In this document: positions 25,801-38,657 of the stretch, one piece after another
Layout of the letters: each line of letters begins with the position of its first letter
Position numbering within the stretch: position 1 is the first letter of the stretch
Origin: Lytechinus pictus
Taxonomy: Eukaryota
Length of the DNA: 64,000 nucleotides
Assembly: GCF_037042905.1 (NCBI RefSeq)
Contig: NC_087246.1
Span: 8,186,001-8,250,000, forward strand
Direction of reading: 5' to 3'
Made by a program: the position numbers and the translations under genes
The notes under the pieces: generated by a model
Seen by the model: the letters and a program-made list of their open reading frames with translations, nothing else
Database searches by the model: none
What the model was told of the DNA's origin: nothing

Positions 25801-27193
25801 ACCATTCCCTCTTTGTGGTTTTGGCAAACCTTTTGGCCTGGGGATGGTATGTAGTAACAAGAGGGATCCTTTCATTATTCCCTTGTTTTGGTTCTGCAGA
25901 TAGGAGATCCTCTCTTGATTTTTTTCTAATCTGGGTAAGGGCATGATGGACAAGTCTAGGTGGGTAGCCTCGTCTGATGAAAAGTTCACCGAGGTTCGCA
26001 GCGTCCGCCTCAAACACTTTGGGGTCTGATGTGATACGTTTGTACCTTAGCAGTTGACTGTACACAATCGATTTCTTCGTGTGGGATGGATGGAATGAGT
26101 TATACTCAAGATAAGAGAAGGAATCGGTTGGTTTGATGTATACACTAGTACTTAACGAATCACCATTCTTAGAAACATTGACATCCAGGAAGTGGATTTT
26201 CTCTCATGAGTTCTCAATGGTAAATTGAATGTTAGGGTTGTGGGCATTGAAAGCATTGTGGAACGATGCCAGATCGTCCTCAGTATGGGGCCAAATCAAA
26301 AAGATGTCGTCGATGTATCTGATGTACAATGACGGTTTGAGACTACATTTGGAGAGAAAATCCTCTTCAAGGACAGCCATGTACAAGTTAGCGTACGCTG
26401 GTGCCATCTTTGTCCCCATTGCTGTACCTTTGCATTGAAGGTAATACTTCTCATTGAACTCAAAGTAGTTGTGTTTCAGAATGAAATCCACCATGGAGGA
26501 CAAGTCCTCAATTTCCTGATCGGGAGTACCCTGTTTTTGTAGAAATATACGAAGGGCTTCTACACCTTGGTCGTGGGGGATGTTGGTATAGAGGCTCTTA
26601 ACATCCATGGTTACGAGTATGGAGTCTGATGTAAGGGGAGCAGACTTGATCTTGTTCAAAAAATCTGTCGTGTCTTTCACATAACTTTTAATGTTATAGG
26701 TAGAAATGCCTGAAGTTTTTCGTCGACACACTTAGACATAGATCTGTTAGAGAATCAACGCTTGAGACAATGGGTCTACCAGGGGGAATGATCTTAGTCT
26801 CCCTACATTTCTCTGCTATCTTTTGTACATCAGACTCGTCGCTTCCATTATATATTTATATATATATATATTTATATATATATATAAATATATATATATA
26901 AATATATATATCGGATCGGGGTCGCCCTGGCCACTAACCCATCTCTGTGGTCTAGTGGTTAAGGCACCGGCGCGCCGCGGCGTTCAAAGCTGGGGACCCG
27001 GGTTCGTTCCCGGCAGAGACATTTTTTCGGCATTGCCAATTTTTCCAAAGGGTAGATAGCTCTGGGGAACCTTGATTTAAGCTACGCCTACCATTGTTCT
27101 CTTCATCCATTTCTTTCACAAAATATTTAAATAAAAGAGTTGCCAAAGCTGTTGTACATGTATAATTTCACACATTTATATATATATATAGGC

Positions 27194-27228
<35 letters not shown>

Positions 27229-28722
27229 GAATATTATAGGCCTAAATAGTACTACTACTACTGCAGGCGGCAGGCCTTATCTTTATTGCACGTCGTGTCC
27301 CCATGTCTCTCCTATCTACGATGACATAGCAAAATGTGATTACCTTCTGCAGCCTTCGATACCGAGTCCCATTTTGTGTTCAACCCACGTGGGATGCAGA
27401 TTGCGTAGTAGAATTGGAATTTTGTTTTGACTGGGAGTTACTCGAGCATATCAAAGAATTGTAGAGCGCTTGTAAATTTATCTTGCACATGTTATATGGC
27501 GGTCATTATCGATTAAATTCCACTTGAAACAGCAGTGAGAAAGCGACCTTTGTTATATATAGGAATTACCCTTTTTAATTAGTATTGTCATATTCATTAT
27601 TATCGTCATATAGTAGTAGTTTAGTAGCAGTAGTTGTAATAGGCCTAGTAGTAGTAGTTGTTGTTGTTGTAATCGTAGAAGTAGAAGTAATATTATCATT
27701 GTTATTATGGTCATCATTATATCATAACCATCATCAACAACGATTATCATTGGAATTTCTACAAATCTGAAAAAATAACCTTTTCAATACAAACAAATCT
27801 AATTTCGGGAAATATTTTGACATTAGTTCAGATATATTTTGATATTTTTCAGAAAAATTTCTCCTATTTTACTCTAATTTCTTTTTTTTTTCTTTCTTTC
27901 TTTCTTTCTGTAACCCCCGCCGTACCGTACGCGCTTGGATTTTAGCTAGTCCGACTGTGATTTTTTATTTTTATTTTCAATATTCTAGCTACTATATCTG
28001 TCTACCATGTTCGTCATGTCCGGATGGTGTACTTATGACGGGAAAATGCCGGCAGGATAAGGACACAGCATGCAATCTAGACCGATGTGTTAATCCCAAT
28101 CATTTCTTTGATCATGGTAAAAAGGCATGTGTTCCAAACCCCACTGAACCACCCGATTTCTTGGAACAAACTAAAGGTATTGGAAAATAATAGTACGTAG
28201 TTATTACGATCTTTATGCTGGGCTAGACTTATATAGGGGACTTTCAAAGGAGTGGTGGATCCAAGGGGGAGGGGCACATCAGGCCGGTGATCCCCCTTTT
28301 GAGAGTCGGAGAAGATATTTTTAATCGGAGAAAATATGTTTGTGTGTAAGGGGGGGGGGGGTCTATAAAGTCTTTTATGACATGGAATTTATGGAGAAAA
28401 TTTGTTTGCGTGTGTGTTTGGGGGGGGGGGGGATCTATAAGGCCCAAGCCCGTATAGTTATTACAATATTTTGAGTATAAACTGTGAAAATGTTACCCCA
28501 TAAAAATGACAAAGGTAATTGTCGAATCATTTTTTTCTCTCTCTCTCTCACACACACAGATTCTTCGAGTGACATTTTGAAGAAATCCACTGCCAGATTA
28601 GGTGAAGATACTTATTTAACCAGCCATCATACTAGATTGATCTATCTATCTATCTCTCCCCCTCTCTCCCTCCCCTCTCTCTCTCTCTCTCTCTATCTAT
28701 CTCTCCCTCCCCTCTCTCCCTC

Positions 28723-28758
<36 letters not shown>

Positions 28759-28759
28759 A

Positions 28760-28796
<37 letters not shown>

Positions 28797-29408
28797 CTCC
28801 CCCTCTCTCCCTCCTCTCTCTCTCTCTCCCTCTCTATCTATCTATCTATCTATCGATCTAAATAAGATAGAATAAGGGTCTTTTCATACATGAATTTTAA
28901 ATCATCATTGTAATGATGATTGCTATTGTAATCGTGACTGTGATTAGCGTTCGTGATTCTATTAATGTTCTTGTTTGGTTTCTCACATGCTAAATATTCG
29001 TCATCAGTCTTATTTTTCAACTGGTATCATTCAAATTACGATTTTTTTTTCCGTGTGAAAGGGCGGTAAGTCTCCTTGGCATCTAAGGAATACAAAAATC
29101 ACGAATTGGAAATAGAATATTGCCATGAAAATTATCTATTATCTATGTGCCTTTATATATATTTTACTTTTTATTTCATCATTTTAGATGAACCGAGGAG
29201 AGATGAGCCACTCCAAGAAAGACCTTGGTATCAGCACCCCGTCGTCATCATCCTTGTCGCTTTTCTTGTCGCTTTTGTAATAATTAATATCCTTTTTGTC
29301 ACCTTCCATCGCAAACGAATAAGGTATCGAACCATGAGCCGTGTTCCAAGTAACTTATCCACATCCACGCAGACAGGTTGTACGTGTATGCACGAGACGT
29401 TTGTCTGA
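22805..29408 (+). CDS. TNF-receptor-like type I membrane protein, about 247 aa, 4 exons, no death domain
   Basis: Exons 22805-23097, 27989-28176, 28560-28601, 29188-29408 splice GT-AG in frame. The protein has a signal-peptide-like N-terminus (RIFIIFSMLSVSS), a TNFR cysteine pattern (CLPCSSCPDG...C...DTAC), a TM helix (VVIILVAFLVAFVIINILFVTF) followed by basic HRKRIR, and a short tail ending ETFV. Confidence 0.75.
24867..24911 (-). ncRNA. Minimal type I hammerhead ribozyme of the Penelope-like element
   Basis: Minus strand reads AAUCUUC-C-CUGAAGA-AGGUAG-AUGU-CUACC-GAAA-AUUU-GGAGAUU. This gives stem I AAUCUUC/GGAGAUU, core CUGANGA, stem II GGUAG/CUACC, GAAA, and a palindromic AAUU in place of stem III. 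An AAUAAA follows immediately. Confidence 0.85.
25232..26849 (-). pseudogene. Disrupted RT/GIY-YIG ORF of the Penelope-like element
   Basis: ORF-track pieces 26204-26731 and 25232-26065 are the same frame, separated by a single TGA (26204-26206; ...IENS*EKIHFLDV...). There are two small frameshifts near 26700-26745, and the ORF is truncated inside the RT at the TA tract. Confidence 0.88.
26891..27176 (+). mobile_element. tRNA-containing repeat (family X), copy between (TA)n tracts
   Basis: tRNA-like head 26941-27021 (A box TGGTCTAGTGG, B box GGTTCGTTCCC, loop GTTCAAA), then a T-run and a ~150-bp body matching 47820-47955 and 48165-48260. Confidence 0.75.
27585..27752. repeat. Trinucleotide low-complexity tract (TAG/TTG/CAT)
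   Basis: Directly visible. Confidence 0.85.
28640..28860. repeat. (CT)n/(CTAT)n compound microsatellite
   Basis: Directly visible. Confidence 0.95.
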
Positions 29409-32400
29409 TCATCATGGAGAAAGCCACCATACTCCGTCCGTGGTTTTAATGTTGTATTCAATGCAATTTCTAGGACAATGAATTTGATATTGCTGCCATC
29501 TCGAAATTTTTGGTATAATACTTTTACATCACTACTGTGAAAATGGAACATAGTGATTATAGCGGTTTAAAGTTCTTGATTGTTTCTACTTATCGATACT
29601 TCAGCTTTGAATGTTGGTTACTTATGAAATAAGCAGCAAAGCTTCGTTAAAAAGTAGAAAAGAAAATAAAAGAATTAGATTCCTACTTCTTTTGTTTGAT
29701 ATGTTTTAAATATTTATGTGATTTATTTATTACCGGTAGCAGCCATTTTGTATTATAATATTTTCACATAATGTATATGGTCGGGAGGGAGAGAGGTCGG
29801 GTGGGAGGGGGGGGGGTACTGGGTAGAAGGAGGGGAAGGTAGATTGATAGTATCACACACCATTTCGGGGGGTAATTTTTTTTTATTATATTAGGTTGTT
29901 CAATGTATGTTTTATTGTGATCATGTCACTTTATACCGTTTGAACATTATAAACTCCGATTGGCGCAAAAAAAAAGGGGAAAGGAAAAGAAGGAAAGGGG
30001 ATAAGGAGAGGAAAAAAATCAGGTCATTATATGAAACTAGAAATTTTGCTTGCGCTTCGCGCGTGCATTATCATGAATGAGATGACAATCTGCTGAAAAA
30101 GAAATCCCGTTTTCAAGTCAATATGCACTAATTATTTTCGTGATTCAAGTTTTCATTATATTGTTTCAGAGAAATACACATCCTGTTCGTGATTCTTTAC
30201 CAAAATTTCAGCTTGCGCTACGCTTTTGCATTATTTGATTAGCGAGATAAGCTGTCTTCATGAATTTTCACAAACAGTCCTGGCGTTATGGAGTTGGGTG
30301 CTTTACATACATATTATAAAAAAGATCTTTTGAAAATTATTACTCACTCAGAAAAATTATGATATCGTCTTATATGTAATATTATATATACGGTATATAT
30401 ATATGTATTAAATCGTCAACATTTTGGGGTCTTCAGCTTTGGTACGAAACGCTAATCCTGTATACACTGGTGTAAAGATGATGGTTATAGGAGCCATGCC
30501 CCCCCCCCCCGAAAGGGGGAACACGAAAGAAAAGGAAGGAAAATATAGTTTTGCGAAAGATTTTGACATGATATATAAAAATATTATTCTATATACTTTT
30601 GACACCATATTTAAAGAATAATACTTTTTGAATATCGTGTCAAAATCTATCACAAAATTATATTTTTACATCAAAAAGGTTTAAAAAAATTGCTCGCTCG
30701 CAGCTTTTTAGAATTGTCCCATGCGTCATGTCCCCCCCCCCCTCATTTTTTTTTTCTTTTGCTCATTCACCGCTAGTTTGTAGACAAACTGAGGTGACAA
30801 TGATCTCTTCTCTATTTGCATCAGTCATGCAGGTTTCATATTTTTTTCTTGCGCAACTGCTTGTCATATTTGTATTCTTTGACTTACTTGTTCTGGATAT
30901 ATCCACAAACATTTGGCCTTTAGGCCTAATGTGACTACTATACCTTTGATGTATTATTTAAAATATTATACTGGTCTATCATGACTATGCAATATTGTAT
31001 GCAATGTATTATATCACTCTACGCTAAGCTTTAAGTAAATGTACATATTCATAAAAGATGTTATTGTATATTTTTGACAATAATTTACTTAGGTGTTAAA
31101 AATAGTATGTATTTTCATGCATTTGATATTTATTGCAATACATTATTATCATCCACTTTATAACTTTTCAGTTTCAGATGTGTCTTGTTGTGTGAAATAA
31201 TTTGTATGATGAAAGGTGATTTTATTTTAAAAAAACCTCACACACACACATACTAATGTTGGCAATTATCTGTTCGTAAAAGCAAACTAACAGCAACAGC
31301 ACTAAAAGTATAGTAACTTTTGCCACGCTAATGTTGCAATTTTGCACATTCGTACAATTACATTCGGTAATCGTAATAATTAGTTTTCTCCTTTAACTTT
31401 ATACTGGAGAAGCTTACCAATGGCTATATAGTTCTTGATTAATATCTACACAATAATTATCAGTACAAATGGTACAAATATGAACTCTAATTTCAAAGAA
31501 AATTTCATCAATACAATTGTCATTATTATACCCCAAGAATTAATTCAGCATGCAAAGAGCACCTCTCCATGAATATAAGCGAACATAAGAGAAAGCTGAA
31601 AAAAAAAATGAGGTGAGGGGAGGGGCGGGGGAGGCTGGAGATAGAGAAGGGGATAGGGAATATATCTGTGAAAAGAAAGAGAAAAAGGCTTAGTGTCGGG
31701 CATATAGGAAGAGAGAGTGGGAGAGAGGAGGGGTGAGGACTCGGAGGCGAACAGTGGGCATAATGAGAATAAAAGATCTATATCGCCCTCTCCATTCATA
31801 ATAGGGTCCATGATTTCTTATGGGGGGGGGGGTGTAATTGGAACCAGGGGGTCGGAGGGCAAAAAAAGTTACTGAGAAAAATGTCTCCTTTTCAATATGC
31901 CCTTAGTGAGGTCATTTTAATCAGTAGATTGTTTTTACTCCTGAAGCTGATACTCTTTTATTGTAAGTTTATATTATGAAGCATTTTCTTTTCAGTAATT
32001 CATTTTCTTTTTCTTTAATACCCCGCCCTATAGCTGCAATTAGGGGCATATGAAACAGTACCGAAAATGTAATTGGATGAATTATAACCAACAAACATCT
32101 ATGCCCTAAAATGTCATTAGCATCTTAATGCCTCTATGAGGTAGCAAAATTAGATATTCTATTGTTTGCCCAACTAACCGGCCAACTAACACCCCTATTA
32201 AAGATTAGCCCCCGCCCCCATGCATGCATGGGCCCAACTCATACACCCAGCTCAAAAAGAGGAATTTACTAAAGAGGGCAGCAACACTCTGTTTGCAGAG
32301 TTATCAATAGACATAATTCTGTCTGTTTGATACGGTCGATACGACACCAATCCACATCAAGACGATTCGATTTAAAGAAAAATAAGAATCATTAAAGGAA

Positions 32401-33414
32401 GTGAAGTCATGGAAAGTGTTGAACTAGATTTACCAAAGCTTACAGAATACGACGACGATGATGACATTGAAAAGGTATGGAGAAAATTTAATCATATCAA
32501 GTTTAACCATCAAACGTGCACGCGCAAGGGTACCATGCGAGCTTCGCCGCCGCTGGCCGCTAACCCAGCAGGGAGCTCCGGCCCGCGAAGCGGGTTGGAG
32601 CATAGGACTCGTTCGTGTGATATTACTATGCAGACATGGGTATTCCCCAAAATGGGGTCGCAATAGCACTCTAAATAAATTATATGGAATTTAGAGTTGT
32701 CGGTTAACATCGCTTCACAACGCGAATGATTGTTAGCCGAAACTTATTCCGTTACTCACCAGGGCTTTTTCTGGTGAAAAGCGTTCCATTTTCAATTTTA
32801 TTAATTAATGTAAAAAGCATGTAAAAAAATAGACAGCTGGCAGCCGTCTGTTTCGAGGAGTTTTTCAACATTTTTTTATTTTTTTAATTTCTCCTCATAC
32901 ACAGACGGCTCGCTAGCGTGTCGCCACCATTAGGGGAGGTACAATGCAAATTCCCCCCGACGGGGCTCATCGATTTTTGTCTTTATTTCATAAATATATA
33001 TGAAAATAAATGGACAAATATGCGAATTAATATTCCCTCTTGGCATTAATTGCCAAAAACGAGGGAAAAATAAAGTTAAAAGGAAAAAAAACAGCGACTT
33101 ACCTCGGCTGTCGTGTAGCTCCTAGTTCACTCGTTCATCCGAAGTCGATATAACACACAAACATATGCCGTTGGAAGAACTTCCGGGTCAACTGAGTATC
33201 AAAACCATTGGCCAATCAGATCATCTCTTTTACGTCGGGTTTATGAATACTAAAATTCTAGAAGGTTTTTTCCCTTTTCCTTTATCTCTTTCTCTTTCGT
33301 TTTCTCTCTTTTTTTTTCGTTTTACTTTTCTTTTTATTTTTTATTTCCCCTTTTTTCTTTTGTTTCTTTAACTGCTCCTTTCTTTTCCCCTTCTGTAATG
33401 TGCAACGTAAAGGT

Positions 33415-33560
33415 CATGGGGCGGAGTCTGACTTTCGTCGGCCAGCGCCACTTTTTCATGAATTATTCTTTACCAAGATGGCTGCCCACTAGTCCGAGTC
33501 GCAAGTGTCAACTTTCAGAGTTAATTCCCTGATTGCCAGTTTTAAAGCGGGAATTTAGGG
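33415..33560 (+). promoter_or_regulatory. Candidate FKBP6 promoter and non-coding first exon
   Basis: GC box GGGGCGGAGT (~33418), YY1-like CAAGATGGCTGCC (~33474) and donor AGG|GTAAGA at ~33560. Linkage to FKBP6 is inferred from position only. Confidence 0.35.
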
Positions 33561-36500
33561 TAAGAAACTGTCGTTACTTATACATTTTCAGCTATAGGTG
33601 CATATGTATGAACTTTTGGTGGAAAATATCGCGGTATCGAGGAGAAAAACAAAAAAAATAGCGGTGGCCATTGAGCCCCTGTACTGACGACGGTTTAACT
33701 TCGGTCTATGTATTTGGTGAGTGGAGCCAACGTAGTTCAGCGGAACAACCAACATAACAGAGACCGAAGCTTTTGGTCTAGTAAAAAAAGAGCAAAATCG
33801 CTCTTGGCCTGGAAAGTTGCGTCGCATGTCTCTTCGACGGAAATAAAAGGAAGGTCGTTTGTAGCGCTAATACAATTCACAACCTTAATTCAGCTTGTCG
33901 GTATTTTTTAAACTAGATTTTTTATTCATTGTATGCTCAATTCCAATGATTGTTTGATAAAATAGACACCAAAAAAATGAAGTGACTTAAAAAACATACT
34001 TTTTATATTATTTTTGCTGACGATAATACTTTTTGGAAAATATTCAAAGTGATGACAAATTAAACAAAAAATGTAGAAAATTCTACGTACCTTGAACGAA
34101 GCCCCGTAAGTGCTACCGTTCATTTGTCAATTAACGTTCCACCAAAGTCTTTACAGTAAAAAGAATGGACACTTTGCCGACTTCACGTAACGCTTTGCAT
34201 CGATTTACGTGTAAAATAGTTTTTGTGCCTAGTCTTTCTCTAGTCTTTGATATGAAGATAAATCACGCGCTCTCTTTAGCTCATTAGACAAAAAATTGGG
34301 AGATGGTAGCAGGGTCCGTATTTTGTCAAGTGTTGAAGAAAAATCAACGCTTAAATGACACTATTTGAGGGATATTCATCATATTGGGGGAATTGACTTC
34401 ACATCGTTCGGTAAGTTTCTTATAAGTACTTAGTTTTACAATTTTTCGGGGGAAATTCGCGGGAGTTTGATTCAATTTTGCATGCGCCGTGCCTTCAATT
34501 TTCCTGTAGACGGCGGCAATAATGCACCCATGGGTGTCATTGTCTGATATATTGACAGAGATATTCCAATTTACAGGTAAAAATATGCAGATTTTGTTCT
34601 GTTAAAAAAAAATGATAAAAAATGATAAAAGCTTGTTTGAGTGGGGAGACAGTGGCTTTTTTAAATCTGGAAGGAATCCCGACAAATTTGGTACTATTCG
34701 AAAGCTTGTAAAATAAGAAAAAGAATGGTTTTTAAATCAACTCATGATGTCAAATATTGACAGATATTTCTGTTTAAAGGAGAGAATGTGCAGATTTTTT
34801 TATAGCAAAAGTAAATTTTCATAACTCACACAAAATGCAATGACTGGGACTGTGCAATCCTTCTTTTTAAAGTGCAATGCGCTGTTATGCGGGACAAGGT
34901 ATGCCCTTGAATTATACATCATTTTATTCATAAAACTTCAAAGTTTCTCATGGTATAGCCGTATAGGTTTCTATAGGGATACTTGTTTTATACATGAGTG
35001 CACAGACAGATACAAATTCTTAAAGTGGCATTTCACCCGAACTCCCTACATCGAGGCACAAACTGGACCCTCACACATTGTCAAGAAAAAGAGGAAAAGT
35101 TAGACCTCCATGTGGCGTTCGTTCTCAATATTGATCGGCCATTTTGTTTTCAATTTTGAAAGAAGGAGAACGAACGTGTATGACAGAACTTTTCCTTTTT
35201 TTGAGAGTCCAGTTTGTGTCAGGATTCTGAGTCACGATAGACCTTTATCCATATAATCGAGGTGCATAATTTATTTGTTCCCCTTTTTTCTTTTGGGTGC
35301 TATTGCGACTAGGCCCATTCTACCCCATTTTGGAGAGTTCCCACTGCCTAATATTACATGGATGAGCTCCCTGGGTTGCGCCGCCGCCGATGTTGGTCAG
35401 GGAGCTCATCTAGCTCAGCTTTAATAGCCTGGCTTAGGCCTAGGGCATGGCTACCGTGGTTACGTTAGCAGGGCCTAACGTTATGAGGGGAACAAAAAAA
35501 GCCCCAATAATTCGGCCAAGTAAAAAAATTTGATATTGTGCCCACGCACTGCTCAGCCCACTGAAAAGAAAAGTCTGATCGCTAGACTAGGGTAACTGCG
35601 TCTGTGGCACTGCGAGGCCGGGGGTTGGTGTGCGGCCGTTCAGCAGACTCGGCAAATATTCCACTGAAATCACCAACACACTCTAGACATGTACACTACA
35701 CATTCACTAACTCACTACCACACTACAAAATCATCCAGCGACATGGGCAAAATCTCAAATAAAAAGTGAAATTTTCTAAACCTAAATCACCATATATATA
35801 TCGCATCAAAAATATCACCATCGGTAGGCCTACTTCTGAACATCGTAGTTAAGGAACAAGGGGTCTAAAAAAACGGATTTTTCATGGTTTTCCTCAATTA
35901 AGCAAGAACATTAATTAACTATTATGCTGAGGCCTAGCTCTGCTTATAAAAATAAGGGAAATATTTACGATTATTATTTTTTTCAAATATTGAAAGAAGG
36001 CTATTCAATGACACAAAAATTATTTTGAAACTCCAAGTAAAACTAAAAATATTATCAAACTACAAAGGGCATGATTAAAAAATAATAGTAAAATTACTCT
36101 TAAGTCCCTTCTTGCGGAAAGCCGCTATCTATGTCTTGATTTTAATCACAACATAAATTTATGTCTGGATTTATGTCATTATTTTATGTTGTGATTTATG
36201 ACACAAAGCTTTATGCAATGGATTTATGTCAATATTTGTGTTTATGTCATGATTTATGCTATATAGCCTATATTACATAAATTGTGACACAAATCATGAC
36301 ATAACTCAAAACATAAATTTTTATGCAACAGGGTCCTGGTTTCAGTGCCGCGCAGCGTTTTGAAAAATAGTATCAGGGACATCGAGAGTTTGAAACTCGA
36401 TACAAATTTTTTCTGACGTGCTGCGCCCGTGATTCTTAAAAATCTACTCAGTTACACGTCAGAACGCGACGATGCATGAAAGTAAAAACTGCAGCTGCGC

Positions 36501-36829
36501 TGGCCTGGCTGTCTGATTACTACTCGGTCGTGAATGGGAGAAAGGACGGGTGCGGACAGGAGCGATTTTCATAGGCGTCGCTCGGTACTTGGTAGTTTTA
36601 GGCAGTTGCAAAAGTGATACCAAAGCACATGAGGGAGGAATCGCTCATCGCTCCCGTCTATTTTCAACCCTGATTCAGGTTAAGTAATGTCGGCACAGAG
36701 ATTACACATGGAAATAAACTATACAAATAATATAATGTGTATGATGTTGAATGTTTTCTTATTTTTCTGCATTTATCATTCCATATCACAAACAAATTCA
36801 GTTCGCGTAGGCAAGCGATAAATCGCTCT

Positions 36830-37617
36830 GGGCAGTTCTAAGATAACGGAGTGACATTCAGAAACAAGTTTTTAGCATTTGAACAAAGATTTCACCCATA
36901 CTTAGATAGTTATTTGCAAAGAAATGGTACCTAACAGTAGTTGCTGAAACCCACTTTTCAAAATACAATGTAATAACATTTGTTATTTTGATCCACTGAA
37001 TTAATGAGATATGAATATTCATAAACATGGTTATGGAGTGACGTAAAATGGACATGCATATTTGAGGAGAAAACATATTGCTCAATATTGCTCTGTGAAC
37101 TTTAAATGGCTATCACAATGTTGAGTTATTGATTGGATTATATGTTGTTCTAGCTTTAATATGCTGCATTGCATTAAAACATTGGTGTATTTTTTCATTA
37201 ATAATAATTACAACTTAAAAGTTAAAACATAAACCCATACCAGGTTACGGAGTGACATCTGAAATATTCACACACAGGCAACGTAAAATGAACTTATATT
37301 TTAAAATTTTCTTTTTATGTGATGTAAAATGATGACCTTCAGATCATCCAAAAGAAAATTTTACAAAACAAGCAATAGTTTTCTGTTAAATTGAAATTAA
37401 GTAAAAAAAAACAATATATGTAGTCCCATGTATAGAATTTTTTGTATGGTTTGGATTCTCCTATAAGGAGATGCGTAAGAAAAAAAATTGTGGCTAATTA
37501 TGTTCCCTTTTTTATTTATGAAATCCCGTATGAGTTTTGATAGAGAAATTTGATCAAAATTTGAAATAGAGCCAATATAATTTTTTCCAAAATGTCCACT
37601 TTTGCTTGGAATTGCCC
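36830..37617. mobile_element. Sola2-like non-autonomous DNA transposon
   Basis: TIR GGGCAGTTCTAAG / CTTGGAATTGCCC with a 4-bp TSD CTCT on both sides. Confidence 0.7.
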
Positions 37618-37814
37618 CTCTACCTGAAATGGATTAAGGCAAGCAGTAGTGATCACTCTCACTCCCCTTAAAACTGAGTCCCTGTTACCCTTATTTTGAA
37701 CACTGTTTGATGTTAAACCTAAGCTTTAATTGGTTTGCTTTAGAATTGATTAGCTCTGCATTACCTCTTTTCTTTAAAATAAACAGAATGTGCTAAAGTA
37801 TAACAGTGTTTGAC

Positions 37815-38657
37815 CATTGACCTATCACGAATGGACATTCAACGAGAGCATTTTATGACCACCACCTGTTTCCAGCTGTCAAATCCGCTGTCTAACCCTT
37901 AACTTTCTCTTTACGCAGTTTTTACGACGACCGCCCGGGGCAATTGTTTACACAAGCTCCTTTCGGCCATTGATCGTCACCGATCGATCACTGGCCCTCT
38001 TTCGACCAAAGACGGTCATGTTTTAGCCCCGATTGCCAATAGGGAAAGTCCCTACATTACCTAGAATGCAATGCGCAATTCATATCCGGTTTTTCAGTAC
38101 ATTATTTTAGGCTGTCTATAATGTGCGATTGTCGTCTGACCATCAAAAAAAAATCCCGTTAAATTTCATCAATCCTGTGGAACTTTATGCCCAAATGAAA
38201 ATCAACTTCTGACCGAAGGTAAGCGCTATTATCGACATCAATACTGTCCGAAAAAGATGCATTTTTAACGTTTTTCCGCACATTTCTCCGTCGAATTTCA
38301 ACTGCTTTTTTGCCGTAGATATACGGATCTGCAAGGTGATGTCAATGCATATCATGTGTGGTTTTTTGCGATGTACGTAAAAAATATGTTTATGCATGCC
38401 TGTTTTCTTGTTTCTGATATCATTTTCATAGCGCTAACGTTCGCTGCTGTGCGTTGCTTTTGATAAAGTGAACGAACAACATCGCAATGGGTAGGAGCAG
38501 CGTACCATTGATTTCCGCTGTCGATCAGTGAGAGCGTGTTTTACGACCGGCTTGATGGGCGTCAGCTGCCAGCGCTCTGTTTATAAAAGGATTAGCGGTG
38601 ACGGTCTTAGGGCCAAAGGAGGGGATTCGTTGAATGTCCATTCGTAATAGGTCCATG
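37815..38657. mobile_element. P/Galileo-like non-autonomous DNA transposon
   Basis: 31-bp TIR CATTGACCTATCACGAATGGACATTCAACGA / TCGTTGAATGTCCATTCGTAATAGGTCCATG with a 7-bp TSD GTTTGAC. Confidence 0.8.

Larger units (their letters stand above)
24754..26849 (-). mobile_element. Penelope-like retroelement (Neptune-type), 5'-truncated, in intron 1 of the TNFR-like gene
   Basis: RT motifs PPGRPIVS, VTMDVKSLYTNIPH, GTAMGTKMAPAYANLYM, YIRYIDDIF, HFLDV. Zn linker CGKPRCQVC. GIY-YIG endonuclease NVLYCIMCTKC...YIGET...RFNNH...VADHF...GLN. Bounded on both sides by (TA)n tracts (24730-24753, 26850-26890). Confidence 0.93.

Noticed and set aside
26941..27021. Genuine tRNA-Sec gene
   Set aside because: It lacks the long variable arm and extended acceptor of tRNA-Sec, and it is multi-copy within a repeat.
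32409..32710. Overlapping short ORFs in a GC-richer patch
   Set aside because: No recognisable domain or splice partner; probably repeat or promoter DNA.
38185..38397. THAP or transposase ORF inside the P-like element
   Set aside because: No C2CH THAP or catalytic motif is recognisable.
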